Part shown: in pieces, positions 25,505 to 36,931 of the stretch
How positions within the stretch are numbered: position 1 is the first letter of the stretch
Layout of the letters: every line of letters begins with the position of its first letter
Assembly: GCF_044704955.1 (NCBI RefSeq)
Contig: NC_091991.1
Coordinates: forward strand, 45,694,001 to 45,758,000
DNA: 64,000 bases
Direction of reading: 5' to 3'
Origin: Pristiophorus japonicus
Taxonomy: Eukaryota
Made by a program: the position numbers and the translations under genes
Notes under the pieces: generated by a model
What the model saw: the letters and a program-made list of their open reading frames with translations, nothing else
What the model was told of the DNA's origin: nothing
Database searches by the model: none

Positions 25505-27075
25505 ATAAAATCATTACGGATGCAGGAGGCCATTTGGCCCATCTTAGTTCATCCATCCACAATGACCCTAAAGCATACCATTGCAGCATCCAATTGCTTC
25601 TGAAATTATTCCAGGCTTTTTGCTTTCAATCCTCTATCCAGGCGTCTAGTCCGTATGTTGATCATTCTTAGTGTGAAGTGAAACTTTGTGATAGCAGTCC
25701 TATCTTTTATTAGTTTGAACTAATAAAATCTTTTCCTCCTCTCACAGTTTAAAGTAATTATCCAGTTTTACCTTTCCCTTACCATTTACAATCTTGTATA
25801 CCTCTATAAGATCAGCTTTCAAAGCTTTAAATAACCAAGGCCTAGAAATTCGGGAGTCTAGTGTGGCTGTTAAGGTCAGTTTTGTGGAAAGAATGGTGTC
25901 CACCTTGCTTCTGGTGCAAGCCATATTGGTGAGGCCAATAAAGGAGCTGCTGTTTAGCTTCGTCTGAAGCAGGCATTAGATGATTAATATATTCAAGTAA
26001 GGGGAATAATGCCTGCTTCTGCTCCCTAATGCAAATTTGGCCTGCGTCTGATCAGTCAGCGCCGCCGATGTTTTACTCTCAGGAAAATAAATGTTAAACA
26101 GCGCCGAATGGGGAAAAAGCTAAGTACTTACCATTATCCTCACTCCCAACTCTGACCTCCAGGACCTCTACGATCTCCCTCTGATCCTGGCTCTGACCTC
26201 CAGTTCTCTACGATGCTGGCCCTGGGCCCTGAGCCCTGACCCCCATCCCCATCCCCCCTGGCCCATCAACCCTGGCCACAAACTCACCGCCTCCATCCTG
26301 GCCATGACCTCCCTCCCGATCCTGGCCTGGATCTCTTTGCCCCCTCCCACCCAGTCATGGCCATGACCTCCCTCCCAATCTTGGCCCCACCTCACAGTCC
26401 TTGCTGGGCATTCAACTGATGATAATGGGTTCCGGTGCTGCCTGTGATCTTTTTACAGGCACGAACAAGCCTTGCCCTCCAATAGGACTTTATCAAATTT
26501 CTAGGCTCAAGTTTCTCCAGTTTTTCCTCAAAGTTCGACCTCTAAAACTAGGGATCATCATGTTTCTTCTTTTCTGCACTGACTCTGGGAATTGACTGTC
26601 TCCCTTTGTGTCTTTGATGAGAACTTGATGCAGTACTCAATGTGGGCTGAGCAGATCACTGTGCAGTTTGATCATGACTTTGACTGGCTTGTATTCGACT
26701 GTTTTGGATATGTAGATCAATATTCTTTTGGCTTCATACATTGCTGCTCGACATTGGTTGAGTGTGTTGAGTGACAAGTCAGCTCAGACTCTTGGATCTT
26801 TTTCAGTTTCATCCTTAGCTTTTTCAACTCCATGCACTGTGTGTTCCCCATTTTCCCTTACTTTGTGCAATTCTTCACATTTATTTGTGTCACTTTTCAT
26901 CATCTGTTCTTTTCCCTACTTGTATATCTTGTCCAACTCATTCTGTAATTCCTGAGCTGCTACCTCTGATTCTTCTTACTTTGGTATCATCTGCAAATTT
27001 GACCAACTTGCATTGAGTTTCTGAGTCCGAGTCACTGATGTAAATTTAAAAAAGTAGTGGTCCCAACACTAGGGA
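25505..27075 (-). mobile_element. Old CR1 fragment split by a MITE
   Basis: Minus strand FADDTK (ttggtatcatctgcaaa ~26980), LIEVYKI, 3' hairpin ggccatttggcc. Confidence 0.7.
25839..26507. mobile_element. GG..CC MITE with 3-bp TSD CAA and C-rich internal repeats
   Basis: caa|ggcctagaaatt ... aatttctaggct|caa. Confidence 0.7.
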
Positions 27076-27084
27076 TATTTAGGG

Positions 27085-27225
27085 ATAAATATTTGCAATT
27101 AAATTGGGGGAACTCCCCGGCACTACTTTAAACAGTGCCATGGTATCTTTCACGTCTACCTGATAGGGCAGACAGGGCTTCGGTTTAACATTGCATCCAA
27201 AAGACAGCACCTCCGAAAGTGCCAC
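27085..27225 (-). mobile_element. Partial Deu-domain SINE
   Basis: cagacagggcttcggtttaacattgcatccaaaagacagcacctcc resembles the 50565-51025 copy. Confidence 0.65.
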
Positions 27226-28440
27226 AGCCACCCCACCCCCGCCCCCTTGCCTCATCTACTGACAATCTCAGGAAAATCTAGGGTCAGTGGTCTGTAGTTG
27301 AGCAGTACAACTTTCAATTGCAATGCATATATTTGTATGTTATATTTGGGGTAGTCTGTTGACTTGTGTTACCAAGTGTTCATATTATTGGTTATGACTG
27401 ATAATGGATACTGCTAAGAGGTTCAGTGGTCAAGTGTTACGATGTAAATTCCCAAGTTAATAAAATCTTGTGTAAGACAGTATTTTGAGAAACATTTCTT
27501 TTTCTGTGAAGTACTTGGCAAGCATTCTATGTAAAAAAAAAGCATAAAATGACGGATACAGGACCAAGAGATTCTTTGACAATGTTACTTTAGTTTAATT
27601 AAAAGAATTATGATCTAAATAAAAGATGACATTTCTTTCAAATGATTGAGGAATTGATCCAGTAAATAGATACTGATGCTTTGGCAACAGACATTGCAAA
27701 GATTAGGGTGATGTAGGGGTTGTAGGGGTCATGGGCAGGTGGTGAGGGGATAGAATAGCAGGTGAGGTAGAGGTCTAAGCTGGTTGAGTAACTTGAAGTG
27801 ACATACATCAAATTGAGGTTGTTTTCAATTTATTGACTTGACACATTCTATATACAGTTGATGTCATGTTGATCTCATTCTGGCATGTGATCTAGCATTG
27901 CCAAAAGATTTTCTTTATATGTGTAAGAGTTTAAATTCATATCTCTTAAATAAGCACAAAATATGAAAAGAAGATATTTTAAAGCATGACCAGGAAACAA
28001 ACTGCTGTACCAGTTCAGCCTATGGCTTTCCAAGTATGTGATTTTGTCATTTAAAAATGAAGTAAAAATGCCTTATAATTTTCTGATTTCTTTGATATCT
28101 AATTATTTTAGACTACAAATGTAATAGCCCTTTTCTGCTGCCCTAATTTTATAAACAGCCACGTTAAAAAGTTAGCATTGTAACCTGAATAACAGATTCT
28201 GGACATGAAATTGGAACTTTTAGCACCGGCCATTAAGGCCGGTTGTGCAGACAAAATGGCGGCTACCTTGCTTCTACTCACTTCCGTGAGGAACGTGGTG
28301 GTCACCATTTTGGGCAGGTCATCAGTGCTGCCATTGATGTCACTCACCGCCCATATGTAAATGTTGTAGATCGTGACGTCAGTCAGCGTGCAGTGCCTGA
28401 ATTGATGCACGATCTGTGATTTTCAACATCGCTGCTCTTA

Positions 28441-28985
28441 ATCATCATAGGCAGTCCCTCGGGGTCGAGGATGACTTGCTTTCACACTAAAAATGAGTAC
28501 TCAGGTGATTGATAAACTGATTTTAAACCGAGGACGATGCCTGTGCATGAATTCTTTTAACGTGGGGTGGCCGTTGCATACCAGCCACCACACGGGCTTG
28601 ACAGTGCAAGGTCTTGGTCCAATGGCAAGGGGATCCAAAACGACTGGAGACCAGGGTCCGTCGCATGTGCCAATACATACACACAAACTCAAACGTACTC
28701 CTACTGTCCTCCTTCCCACAGGACCTCTCACGCAATGTGAGCCTCACGACCTCACAGCCTTGCTATTGGCCTGTGCTGCGCCTTCCCTTGGTCTTGTCCA
28801 GGCTGCTCCACCTCTGGGCTCCGACCTCTCCGCTCCTCCATGCCTCGTCTGTCCTCTCCTCTCCGGACCTCGCCGGTCCCGACCTCTGCTCCACGCCGCT
28901 CCAAGATATGTCACCAATCATCTACCTGCATTCTGATGGCGTCTAATTTTGTCGCAGACTTTGGTTTTGTCGCCCTCTCGAGACC
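28441..28985 (-). mobile_element. Non-coding element carrying the RTE 3' end (RTE-dependent SINE-like)
   Basis: atcatcataggcagtccctc...gatgacttgctttcacactaaaaatgagt is shared with the 7166 and 16706 RTE ends; no RT sequence follows. Confidence 0.65.
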
Positions 28986-30688
28986 ATTGTTGATTCTGCT
29001 GCTGCTCTTAATACCGCCCTCTCCAAACCATGTACATAAGAACACGCATGATGCAGTACAACAGAGACACTGCCAGCAATTCTTAAAGGGACACACTCAA
29101 CTTTCAGGCAAGTTTAGATTTTTGCTTTTGGACTGGCATTTGTACATTTTATTGGAGTAGTGGCTTAGTGCAATACATTTAAAAAGTTGTTAAAATGTGC
29201 AGGGAGTGCTGCTGGATGTTTGCAAGGCTTTGGCTGTTAAAGGAAGGTCTTAGAGTTAAAGGAAGACTACTTTCTCCCAGTCCTGGGGGCTTTAGTTGCA
29301 GTCCCCCTTGGGCTGCAGCATCATATGGAGATGGAGCAGAGGCAGCAGGAGTGAGGAGGAAGCAGAAGAGGAAAAAGGGGAAGGAAGGAGGCAACCGAGA
29401 CAGCCCCTTTCTGGTTGGGATATCCAGGATCGAATCCGCCAGTGATATCAGTGAACCCAACTCCAATTCCCCTTTCAACATTTGTCCCACACCCTACCTT
29501 ACCTTCCCTCTGTTACTGACCATCACAGCGTCCTCTTGGCTACAATGCTGAAATAAAAGCCACCACAAAGCACTCCTTCCAACCCAACTTTATCCATATA
29601 TGCATCCAATAGTACATCATAAAATCAACTAATCACCCTTGTGCATTCCCTTAGTGACTGTCTTGCGTGTGCCTTTGTCTATCCTAGAGATGTCCCCCAG
29701 TGCTACCCCAGTGGCTGCAATCTGGCTGGTGGAAGGCTGCTGACTTTCATTGGGGGATACTGCAGATTGCCTTGCAGGATGACCTGGAGGAGTTGGTGGC
29801 TGGGAGTGTGAAATTGAGTGATGTTGTTTCTGCTTCTTCTTCACTCTTTTCTCCCTCTTCTTGGTCAACCACTGGCTGGGCAGGTTGCATTTCTTGAGGG
29901 GGTGTGAAATGAGGAGGTCTAAAGAGTAGGGTTGTGGTGAGGGGAGGGGGTAAAGCAAGAGCTGCATGCTTTCACCATGTGTAACTAATAAATCAGAAGA
30001 GAATGTGGGTTGAGGGGGAAGTGGGATGTGAGAAGGAGAATAACATATGAGGATACCAGCATCATGTATTCTTTCAGCCCTGCCATTGGCCAAGGGCTCA
30101 GCCATGCCCCTGCTAAGAATGATTAGCACCGTCTCCTCCAAGGGGGTGAGGTGAAGCAAGGAATCTGCGGTGTGCTTGAGGTTTGTTAGAGATTGCTAGT
30201 TAGTGAGCGATGGGGAGAGGGCGGTTGTGCATTGAATAGTGTGAGAGCCTAGTGGTGCAGGTGGTAGGCGATGGCTTTTGAAGATGCATTCACTGAGCTT
30301 GACAACTCGTCTGAGGTCATGAAACTTCCTTGGGCACTGGAGCCAGGTTCTGGGGATAACTCTGCCGGCAGTGATGGATTTGGCCATCGGGTCCTCCCTC
30401 CTTCTTTCTAGAGGGCTACTTTTAGCACTTTTTATGTACAGAAGGTATTGTGTATCTGTAAAGCATACACTCCCATGTTCCGCCACCAGGGAGCTCATCC
30501 CCTGAAGTCCCAAGGGATCCCAGCATCCCTTGGGAGCACTGTATATAAGCCGGCCCCTAAGGCCTGTTCCTCACTCTAGAGTGTCTTATTAAAGACTGAG
30601 GTCACTATTACTTTAACCTCCCTGTGTGCAGCCTCATCTGTGTTAGGAACACAATAACTGGCGACGAGAATACGAATCCAATGCAAAG

Positions 30689-31560
30689 ATGCAGCAAACT
30701 GTGGGCATCCTGGAGAAGTTCTCGGAGGGTGAGGACTGGGAAGCCTATGTCGAACGGCTACACCAGTACTTTGTAGCCAACGAGCTGGATGGAGAAGGAA
30801 GCGCTGCAAAAAGCAGAGCGGTCCTCCTCACAGTCTGCGGGGCACCGACCTACAGCCTCATGAAGAATCTTCAGGCTCCGGTGAAACCCACAGATAAGAC
30901 GTGTGAGGAGCTGTGTACACTGGTTCGGGAGCATCTTAACCCGAGGGAGAGCGTGCTGATGGCGAGGTATCGGTTCGACACGTGCCAGCGATCTGAAGGT
31001 CAGGAAGTGGCGAGCTACGTTGCCGAGCTAAGGCAACTTGCACGACAATGTGAGTTTGATGGCTACCTGGAGCAAATGCTCAGAGACTTTTTTGCACTGG
31101 GCATTGGTCACGAGACCATCCTACGAAAACTTTTGACTGTAGAGACACCGACCCTCAGTAAGGCCATTGCAATAGCACAGACGTTTATGTCCACAAGTGA
31201 TAACACCAAACAAATCTCTCAGCACACAAGTGCGAGCAATGTTCATAAATTAACTGGAACTGTGTTTGCGAGCAGAAATGTACAGGGCAGAACCCACGAG
31301 TCTGCAACTGCCAGCAGGCCTCAGGTGACCCAGATGACTCAGAGTCCCCAACAATGGATGAATGCAAGGCAATTCACACCTTGTTGGCGTTATGGAGACT
31401 TCCATTCAGCCTATTCATGCCACTTCAAATGTTTGTAAGAGCTGTGGAACAATTGGGCAGCTCCAACGAGCTGTAAGCTCTGCAAAACCTGCTAACCACC
31501 ACATGGCAGAGGAAGATCGGTCCATGGTGGATCAAAGCAATTTCGAGCCTCAGAGAGAGG
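30689..31560 (+). pseudogene. gag: Gypsy gag (degenerate tandem CCHC knuckles, frameshifted)
   Basis: DWEAYVERL, MARYRF, YVAELRQLARQCEF, CWRYGDFH...C. Confidence 0.93.
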
Positions 31561-31566
31561 AGGCAG

Positions 31567-34500
31567 ATGCTGAAGTACACGGGGTGCACACATTTTTGTC
31601 AAAGTCTACCTATAATGCTAAACGTAAAATTGAATGGCTTACCCGTATCCATGGAACTGGACACTGGCGCTAGCCAATCCATCATGAGTAAAAAGATGTT
31701 TGAGAGACTGTGGTGCAACAAGGCATTCAGACCAGCCCTGAGCCCCATCCACACGAAACTGAGAGCATACACCAAAGAGCTTATCACTTTCCTGGGCAGT
31801 GCCATGGTCAAGGTCACCTACGAGGACACGGTGCATGAACTGCCACTCTGGATTGTCCCGGGCGATGGCCCCACACTGCTTGGAAGGAACTGGCTGGGCA
31901 ACATCCACTGGAACTGGAATGACATCCGAGTGCCATCACATGTCGATGAGGCCTCATGTACACAGGTTCTTAACAAATTTCCTTCCCTTTTTGAGCCAGA
32001 CATTGGAAACTTTTCCGGGGCGAAGGTGCGGATCCACTTGGTCCCAGACGCACGACCCATTCACCACAAGGCGCGAGCGGTACCTCACATGATGAGGGAG
32101 AGAGTGGAAATCGAGCTGGACAGGCTGCAACGCACGGGCATCATCTCCCCAGTGGAATTCAGCGAGTGGGCCAGCCCGATTGTTCCAATACTCAAAAGTG
32201 ATGGCACGGTCAGGATTTGCGGCGATTATAAAGTAACTATTAATCGTTTCTCGCTACAGGACCAATTCCCGCTACCTAAGGCAGACGACCTATTTGCGAC
32301 GCTGGAGGAGGCACGACGTTCACCAAGCTCGACCTGACTTCGGCCGACATGACGCAGGAGCTGGAGGAGTCTTCGAAGGGCCTCACCTGCATCAACACAC
32401 ACGAGGGACTGTTCATCTACACAGATGCCCGTTTGGAATTCGGTCGGCTGCAGCGATCTTCCAGAGAAACATGGAGAGCCTACTCAAGTCGGTCCCACAC
32501 ACGGTGGTCTTTCAGGACGACATATTGGTCACGGGTCAGGACACCGCCGAGCAACTACAAAACCTGGAGGAGGTCCTCCAGCGACTGGATCGCGTAGGGC
32601 TGTGGCTGAAGAGGTTGAAATGCGTCTTCATGGCAAAAGAAGTGGAGTTTTTGGAGAGAAAATCGCGGTGGACGGCATTAAGCCCACAGACACCAAGACA
32701 GAGGCTATCAGGAATGCGCCCAGGCCACAGAATGTCATGGAGCTGCGGTCGTTCCTGGGACTCCTCAACTATTTTGGTAACTTCCTACCGGGGTTAAGCA
32801 CCCTTTTAGAGCCCCTACATGTGTTATTGCGCAAAGGTGAGAACTGGGTATGGGGAAAAAAACAAGTAATTGCTTTTGAGAAAGCCAGAAACATTTTATG
32901 CACCAACAAGCTGCTTGTATTGTATAACCCGTGTAAAAGACTTGTGCGAGCATGTGACGCGTCGTCGTACGGAGTCGGGTGTGTATTACAACAAGCTAAC
33001 GTTGCGGGGAAGTTGCAACCTGTCGCCTATGCTTCCAGGAGCTTGTCGAAGGCCGAGAGGGCCTACAGCATGATTGATAAAGAGGCATTAGCGTGTGTGT
33101 TCGGGGTAAAGAAAATGCATCAGTACCTGTTTGGCCTCAAATTTGAGCTGGAAACCGATCACAAGCCCCTCACATCCCTGTTCGCTGAAAACAAGGGGAT
33201 AAATACTAATGCCTCAGCCCGCATACAAAGGTGGGCACTCGCGCTATCAGTGTATAACTATACCATCCGCCACAGGCCAGGCACCGAGAACTGTGCGGAT
33301 GCTCTCAGTCGGCTACCATTGCCCACCACGGGGGTGGAAATGGCCCAGCCTGCAAACTTGTTGATGGTGGCGCAGCCCGCAGACTTGTTGATGGTCATGG
33401 AAGCATTTGAAAATGATAAGTCACCTGTCACGGCCCGGCAGTTTAGGACTTGGACCAGCCAAGATCCTCTGCTGTCCCGAGTAAAAAACTGTGTACTGCA
33501 TGGGCAGCATCCCCGTTGAAATGCAAGAGCCAATCAAGCCGTTCCCGCGGCGAAAGGACGAGCTGTTCATTCAGGCAGACTGCCTGTTGTGGGGTAACTG
33601 CGTAGTGCTACCAAAAAAGGGCAGGGAGACATTCATCTCAGATCTCCACAGCACACACCCGGGTATAGTAATGATGAAAGCGATAGCCAGATCCCACGTG
33701 TGGTGGCTCGGTGAGACGGTCGGGAGCCTTTCTTTCCCTGGTGGACCGCGCCTAGGTACAAATGTCTGTTCTGGTGTGTTGGCTGTGCCCTCGCTGGGCT
33801 GGCGTGTTGTTGGCCCTGCAGGGCTGCTAGGTGAGCCTGGCCTTGCTGGGCTGTTGGGCGTGATGGGTTCGATTTCCTGGTCCGGCGTGGTGTCGTTGAT
33901 CCTTTGGGTGTGTGTTGTGGGCTCTGACTTGGAGTCCTGTATATGGCAATGCAGCGTGTGTGCTCAGTTGAGCAACGTGCCCAGAGAGGCACCACTAAGT
34001 TTGTGGTCCTGGCCCTCCAGTCCATGGTCGAGGATCTATGTCGACAATGTGGGCCGGTTTCTCGGTAAAATGTTCCTGGTGGTGGTGGATGCTTTTTCAA
34101 AATGGATTGAATGTGAAATAATGTCAGGAAGCACCGCCACCGCCACCATTGAAAGCCTGAGGGCCATGTTTGCCACCCACGGCCTGCCTGACATACTGGT
34201 CAGTGACAACGGGCCATGTTTCACCAGTGCCGAATTTAAAGAATTCATGACCCGCAATGGGATCAAATATGTCACCTCGGCCCCGTTTAAACCAGCCTCC
34301 AATGGGCAGGCAGAGCGGGCAGTACAAACCATCAAACAGATCCTTAAACGAGTCACAGAAGGCTCACTCCAAACCCGCTTGTCCCGAGTACTGCTCAGCT
34401 ACCGCACGAGACCCCACTCGCTCACAGGGGTGCCCCCGGCTGAGCTACTCATGAAAAGGACACTTAAAACCAGACTCTCGTTGGTTCAACCCAACCTGCA

Positions 34501-35020
34501 TGATCAGGTAGAGAGCAGGCGGCAGCAACAAAATGTAAACGATGGTCGCGCCACTGTGTCACGGGAAATTAATCTGAATGACCCTGTGTATGTGCTAAAT
34601 TATGGACATGGTCCCAAGTGGATCGCGGGCACGGTGATAGCTAAAGAAGGGAATAGAGTGTTTGTAGTCAAACGAGACAATGGACACATTTGCAGAAAGC
34701 ACCTGGACCAAATGAGGCTGTGGTTCACAGACTGCCCTGAACAACCCACAGCAGACACCACCTTTTTCGAGCCCACAACACACACCCAAAGGATCAACGA
34801 CACCACGCCGGACCAGGAAATCGAACCCATCACGCCCAACAGCCCAGCAAGGCCAGGCTCACCTAGCAGCCCTGCAGGGCCAACAACACGCCAGCCCAGC
34901 GAGGGCACAGCCAACGCAGCAGAACAGACATTTGTACCGAGGCGGTCTACCAGGGAAAGCAAGGCTCCCGACCGCCTCACCTTGCAAATAGTTTTCACTT
35001 TGATTTTGGGGGGGGAGTGA
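31567..35020 (+). pseudogene. pol: Gypsy pol (protease, RT, RNase H, integrase), several frameshifts
   Basis: LDTGAS; WASPIV, RICGDYK, FQDD; CDASSYG, ETDHKPL, NCADALSR; H..H/C..C, SDNGP, AERAVQT. Confidence 0.96.
33710..33924 (-). repeat. Inverted copy of 34769-34981 inserted into the integrase coding region
   Basis: Reverse complement matches base for base over 33778-33924, with a few differences over 33710-33777. Confidence 0.97.
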
Positions 35021-35360
35021 TGTTGTGTATCTGTAAAGCATGCACTCCCATGTTCTGCCACCAGGGAGCTCATCCCCTGAAGTTCCAAGGGATCCCAGCA
35101 TCCCTTGGGAGCACTGTTCTTCACTCTGGAGTCTCTCATTAAAGACTGAGGTCAGTGTCACTTTAACCTCCCTGTGTGCAGCCTCATCTGTGTTAAGAAC
35201 ACAATAGAAGGCAGTTCAGCTTTAAGAGCTGCAGTCTGCCTTGAAGAAGCGCAGGCTAGCTTTAAGTGTCGCTAGCCTTGCTCCAGTGACGTGAAATTCG
35301 GCCCCCTGTGAGCACACAGCCTGTCAGCAGCATATTCCACGCTAGGTGTGTGCTCTTATT

Positions 35361-36931
35361 GGGCCCAAGTTTCGGGCCGCGCCTAGAACGGCGCAGCCCC
35401 GACCTGGACGCCCGTTTTTCGCGCCACAAAATGCGCCTAAATAAAATTACAGATTCTCCGGCTCCCTGCTGGTCTACTTGAGTCAGGCGCGGCGCAGCAC
35501 GAGCAGTTGGGGGCGGAGCTAGGTCCCTGCGCTGAAAACAGTGCCGGGACCTCTGCACATGCGCGCTACAATGGGCGCGCATGTGCAGTAGCTCCAGGCG
35601 CCCATAAATGTGTGGGAGGGGCACGAAGCATGCAGCCCCTAGCCTGGCCGAATGGCCTCACTGGGGCTGCGTGCATAAGGCTGCCTCCCACGCCCAGCTC
35701 CTGCTTCCTCCCGACCCGACCCGACTCCCGCTTCCCCCCCCGCCCCCGGACTGGACCCGACCCACGCTCCTCCCTCCCGCCCACCCGACCTGACCTCCCT
35801 CTCCCTCCCTCCCTCCGACCCGAACCGAATCGACCTCCCTCCGCCCCCCCGACCCGACCCGCGCTCCCGACCCCGGACCCGTCCCGACCCAACGCCACCT
35901 ACCTGTAAATCTGGTGCTGGGGATGGGTCCTGCCCGAAGTCTTGGGCCCGGCCCATTCAGCCTCCCCCACCTTCTCCTTTCCCCCCTTCTCCTTTCCCCC
36001 CCTTCTCCTTTCCCCCCCTTCTCCTTCCCCCCCTTCTCTTTTCCCCCCCTTCTCTTTTCCCCCCTTCTCCTTCCCCGCCCCTCTCCTTTCCCCCCTTCTC
36101 CTTCCCCTTCCCCTCTCTTTCCCCTTCTCCTCTCCCCCCCTTTCCCCTTCTCCTCTCCCCCTTCCCCTTCTCCTCTCCCCCCCTTCTCTCCCCCTTCTCC
36201 CCCTTCCCTCCCTTCCCTCCCCCTTCTCCCCCTTCCCTCTCCTCCTTCCCATCCCTCCCCGTTCCCCCCCTCTCTCCCTCTACCCCCCTCCTCCCCCTCC
36301 CCTCGCTGTCAGAAACACAGACACTGACAGACAGAGAGTGAGAGACACACAGACAGAGATAGAGACACTGACCGAGACACACTGGGGGCGGCGGGGGTGG
36401 GGGGCATCCCAGCATGCTGTTGGAGGGCTCCCGGTGCTGCAGTCGGTAAGTAGAAAATGTTTTATTTGATTTTGAAAAAAATTATTTCTTATTAATTTTT
36501 TTGATTGATTCATTGGTTGATTTATTTATGTTTTTATCATTTATTATTGATGATGGCTCTTTATTTGTAAAACTGAAGTGTTTAATGTTTGTAAACTTCC
36601 CTTTAAACCCCCCCGCCATTCCCTACGCCTGATTTGTAACCTACGCCTGATTTCCTAAAATGTAGACAAGGTTTTTTCTAGCGTACAAAAATCTTCACTT
36701 ACTCCATTCTAAGTTAGTTTGGAGTAAGTTTTCACTGCCGAAACTTTGAAAACAGGCGTAAGTGGCCGGACACGCCCCCTTTTGAAAAAAAAATTCTGTT
36801 CCAAAGTGAAACTGTTCTAACTGACTAGAACTGGAGCAAACTAAATGCCGAGAATTTGAATTTCTAAGACACTCCGTTCTACACCAGTTGCTCCAAAAAA
36901 TCAGGAGCAACTGAGGCTGTAACTTGGGCCC
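35361..36931. mobile_element. GG..CC MITE family B containing a ~340-bp polypyrimidine tract (~35960-36303) and GACA/GA repeats
   Basis: TIR gggcccaagtt / aacttgggccc; related in reverse orientation to 46353-46891 and 47470-48601. Confidence 0.85.

Larger units (their letters stand above)
30446..35206 (+). mobile_element. Full-length, mutated Ty3/Gypsy (Mag-like) LTR retrotransposon, copy 1
   Basis: TSD GAAGG (30441-30445 and 35207-35211); LTRs 30446-30656 and 35021-35206; PBS TGGCGACGAG at 30659 (tRNA-Ser GCU type); PPT ~35008-35017; order gag-PR-RT-RH-IN. Confidence 0.98.

Noticed and set aside
33340-33396. In-frame 27-bp tandem duplication (AQPANLLMV AQPADLLMV) in Gypsy copy 1
   Set aside because: Units are already diverged and lie in a linker; likely an ordinary subfamily trait
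34600-35139. Antisense ORF at the 3' end of both Gypsy copies (also 56875-57297) as an accessory gene
   Set aside because: Starts inside the LTR at non-equivalent positions; openness is explained by the C/A-rich sense strand
35507-36469. Pro/Ser/Phe-rich and Gly/Arg/Glu-rich ORFs
   Set aside because: Low-complexity translations of a polypyrimidine tract inside a MITE
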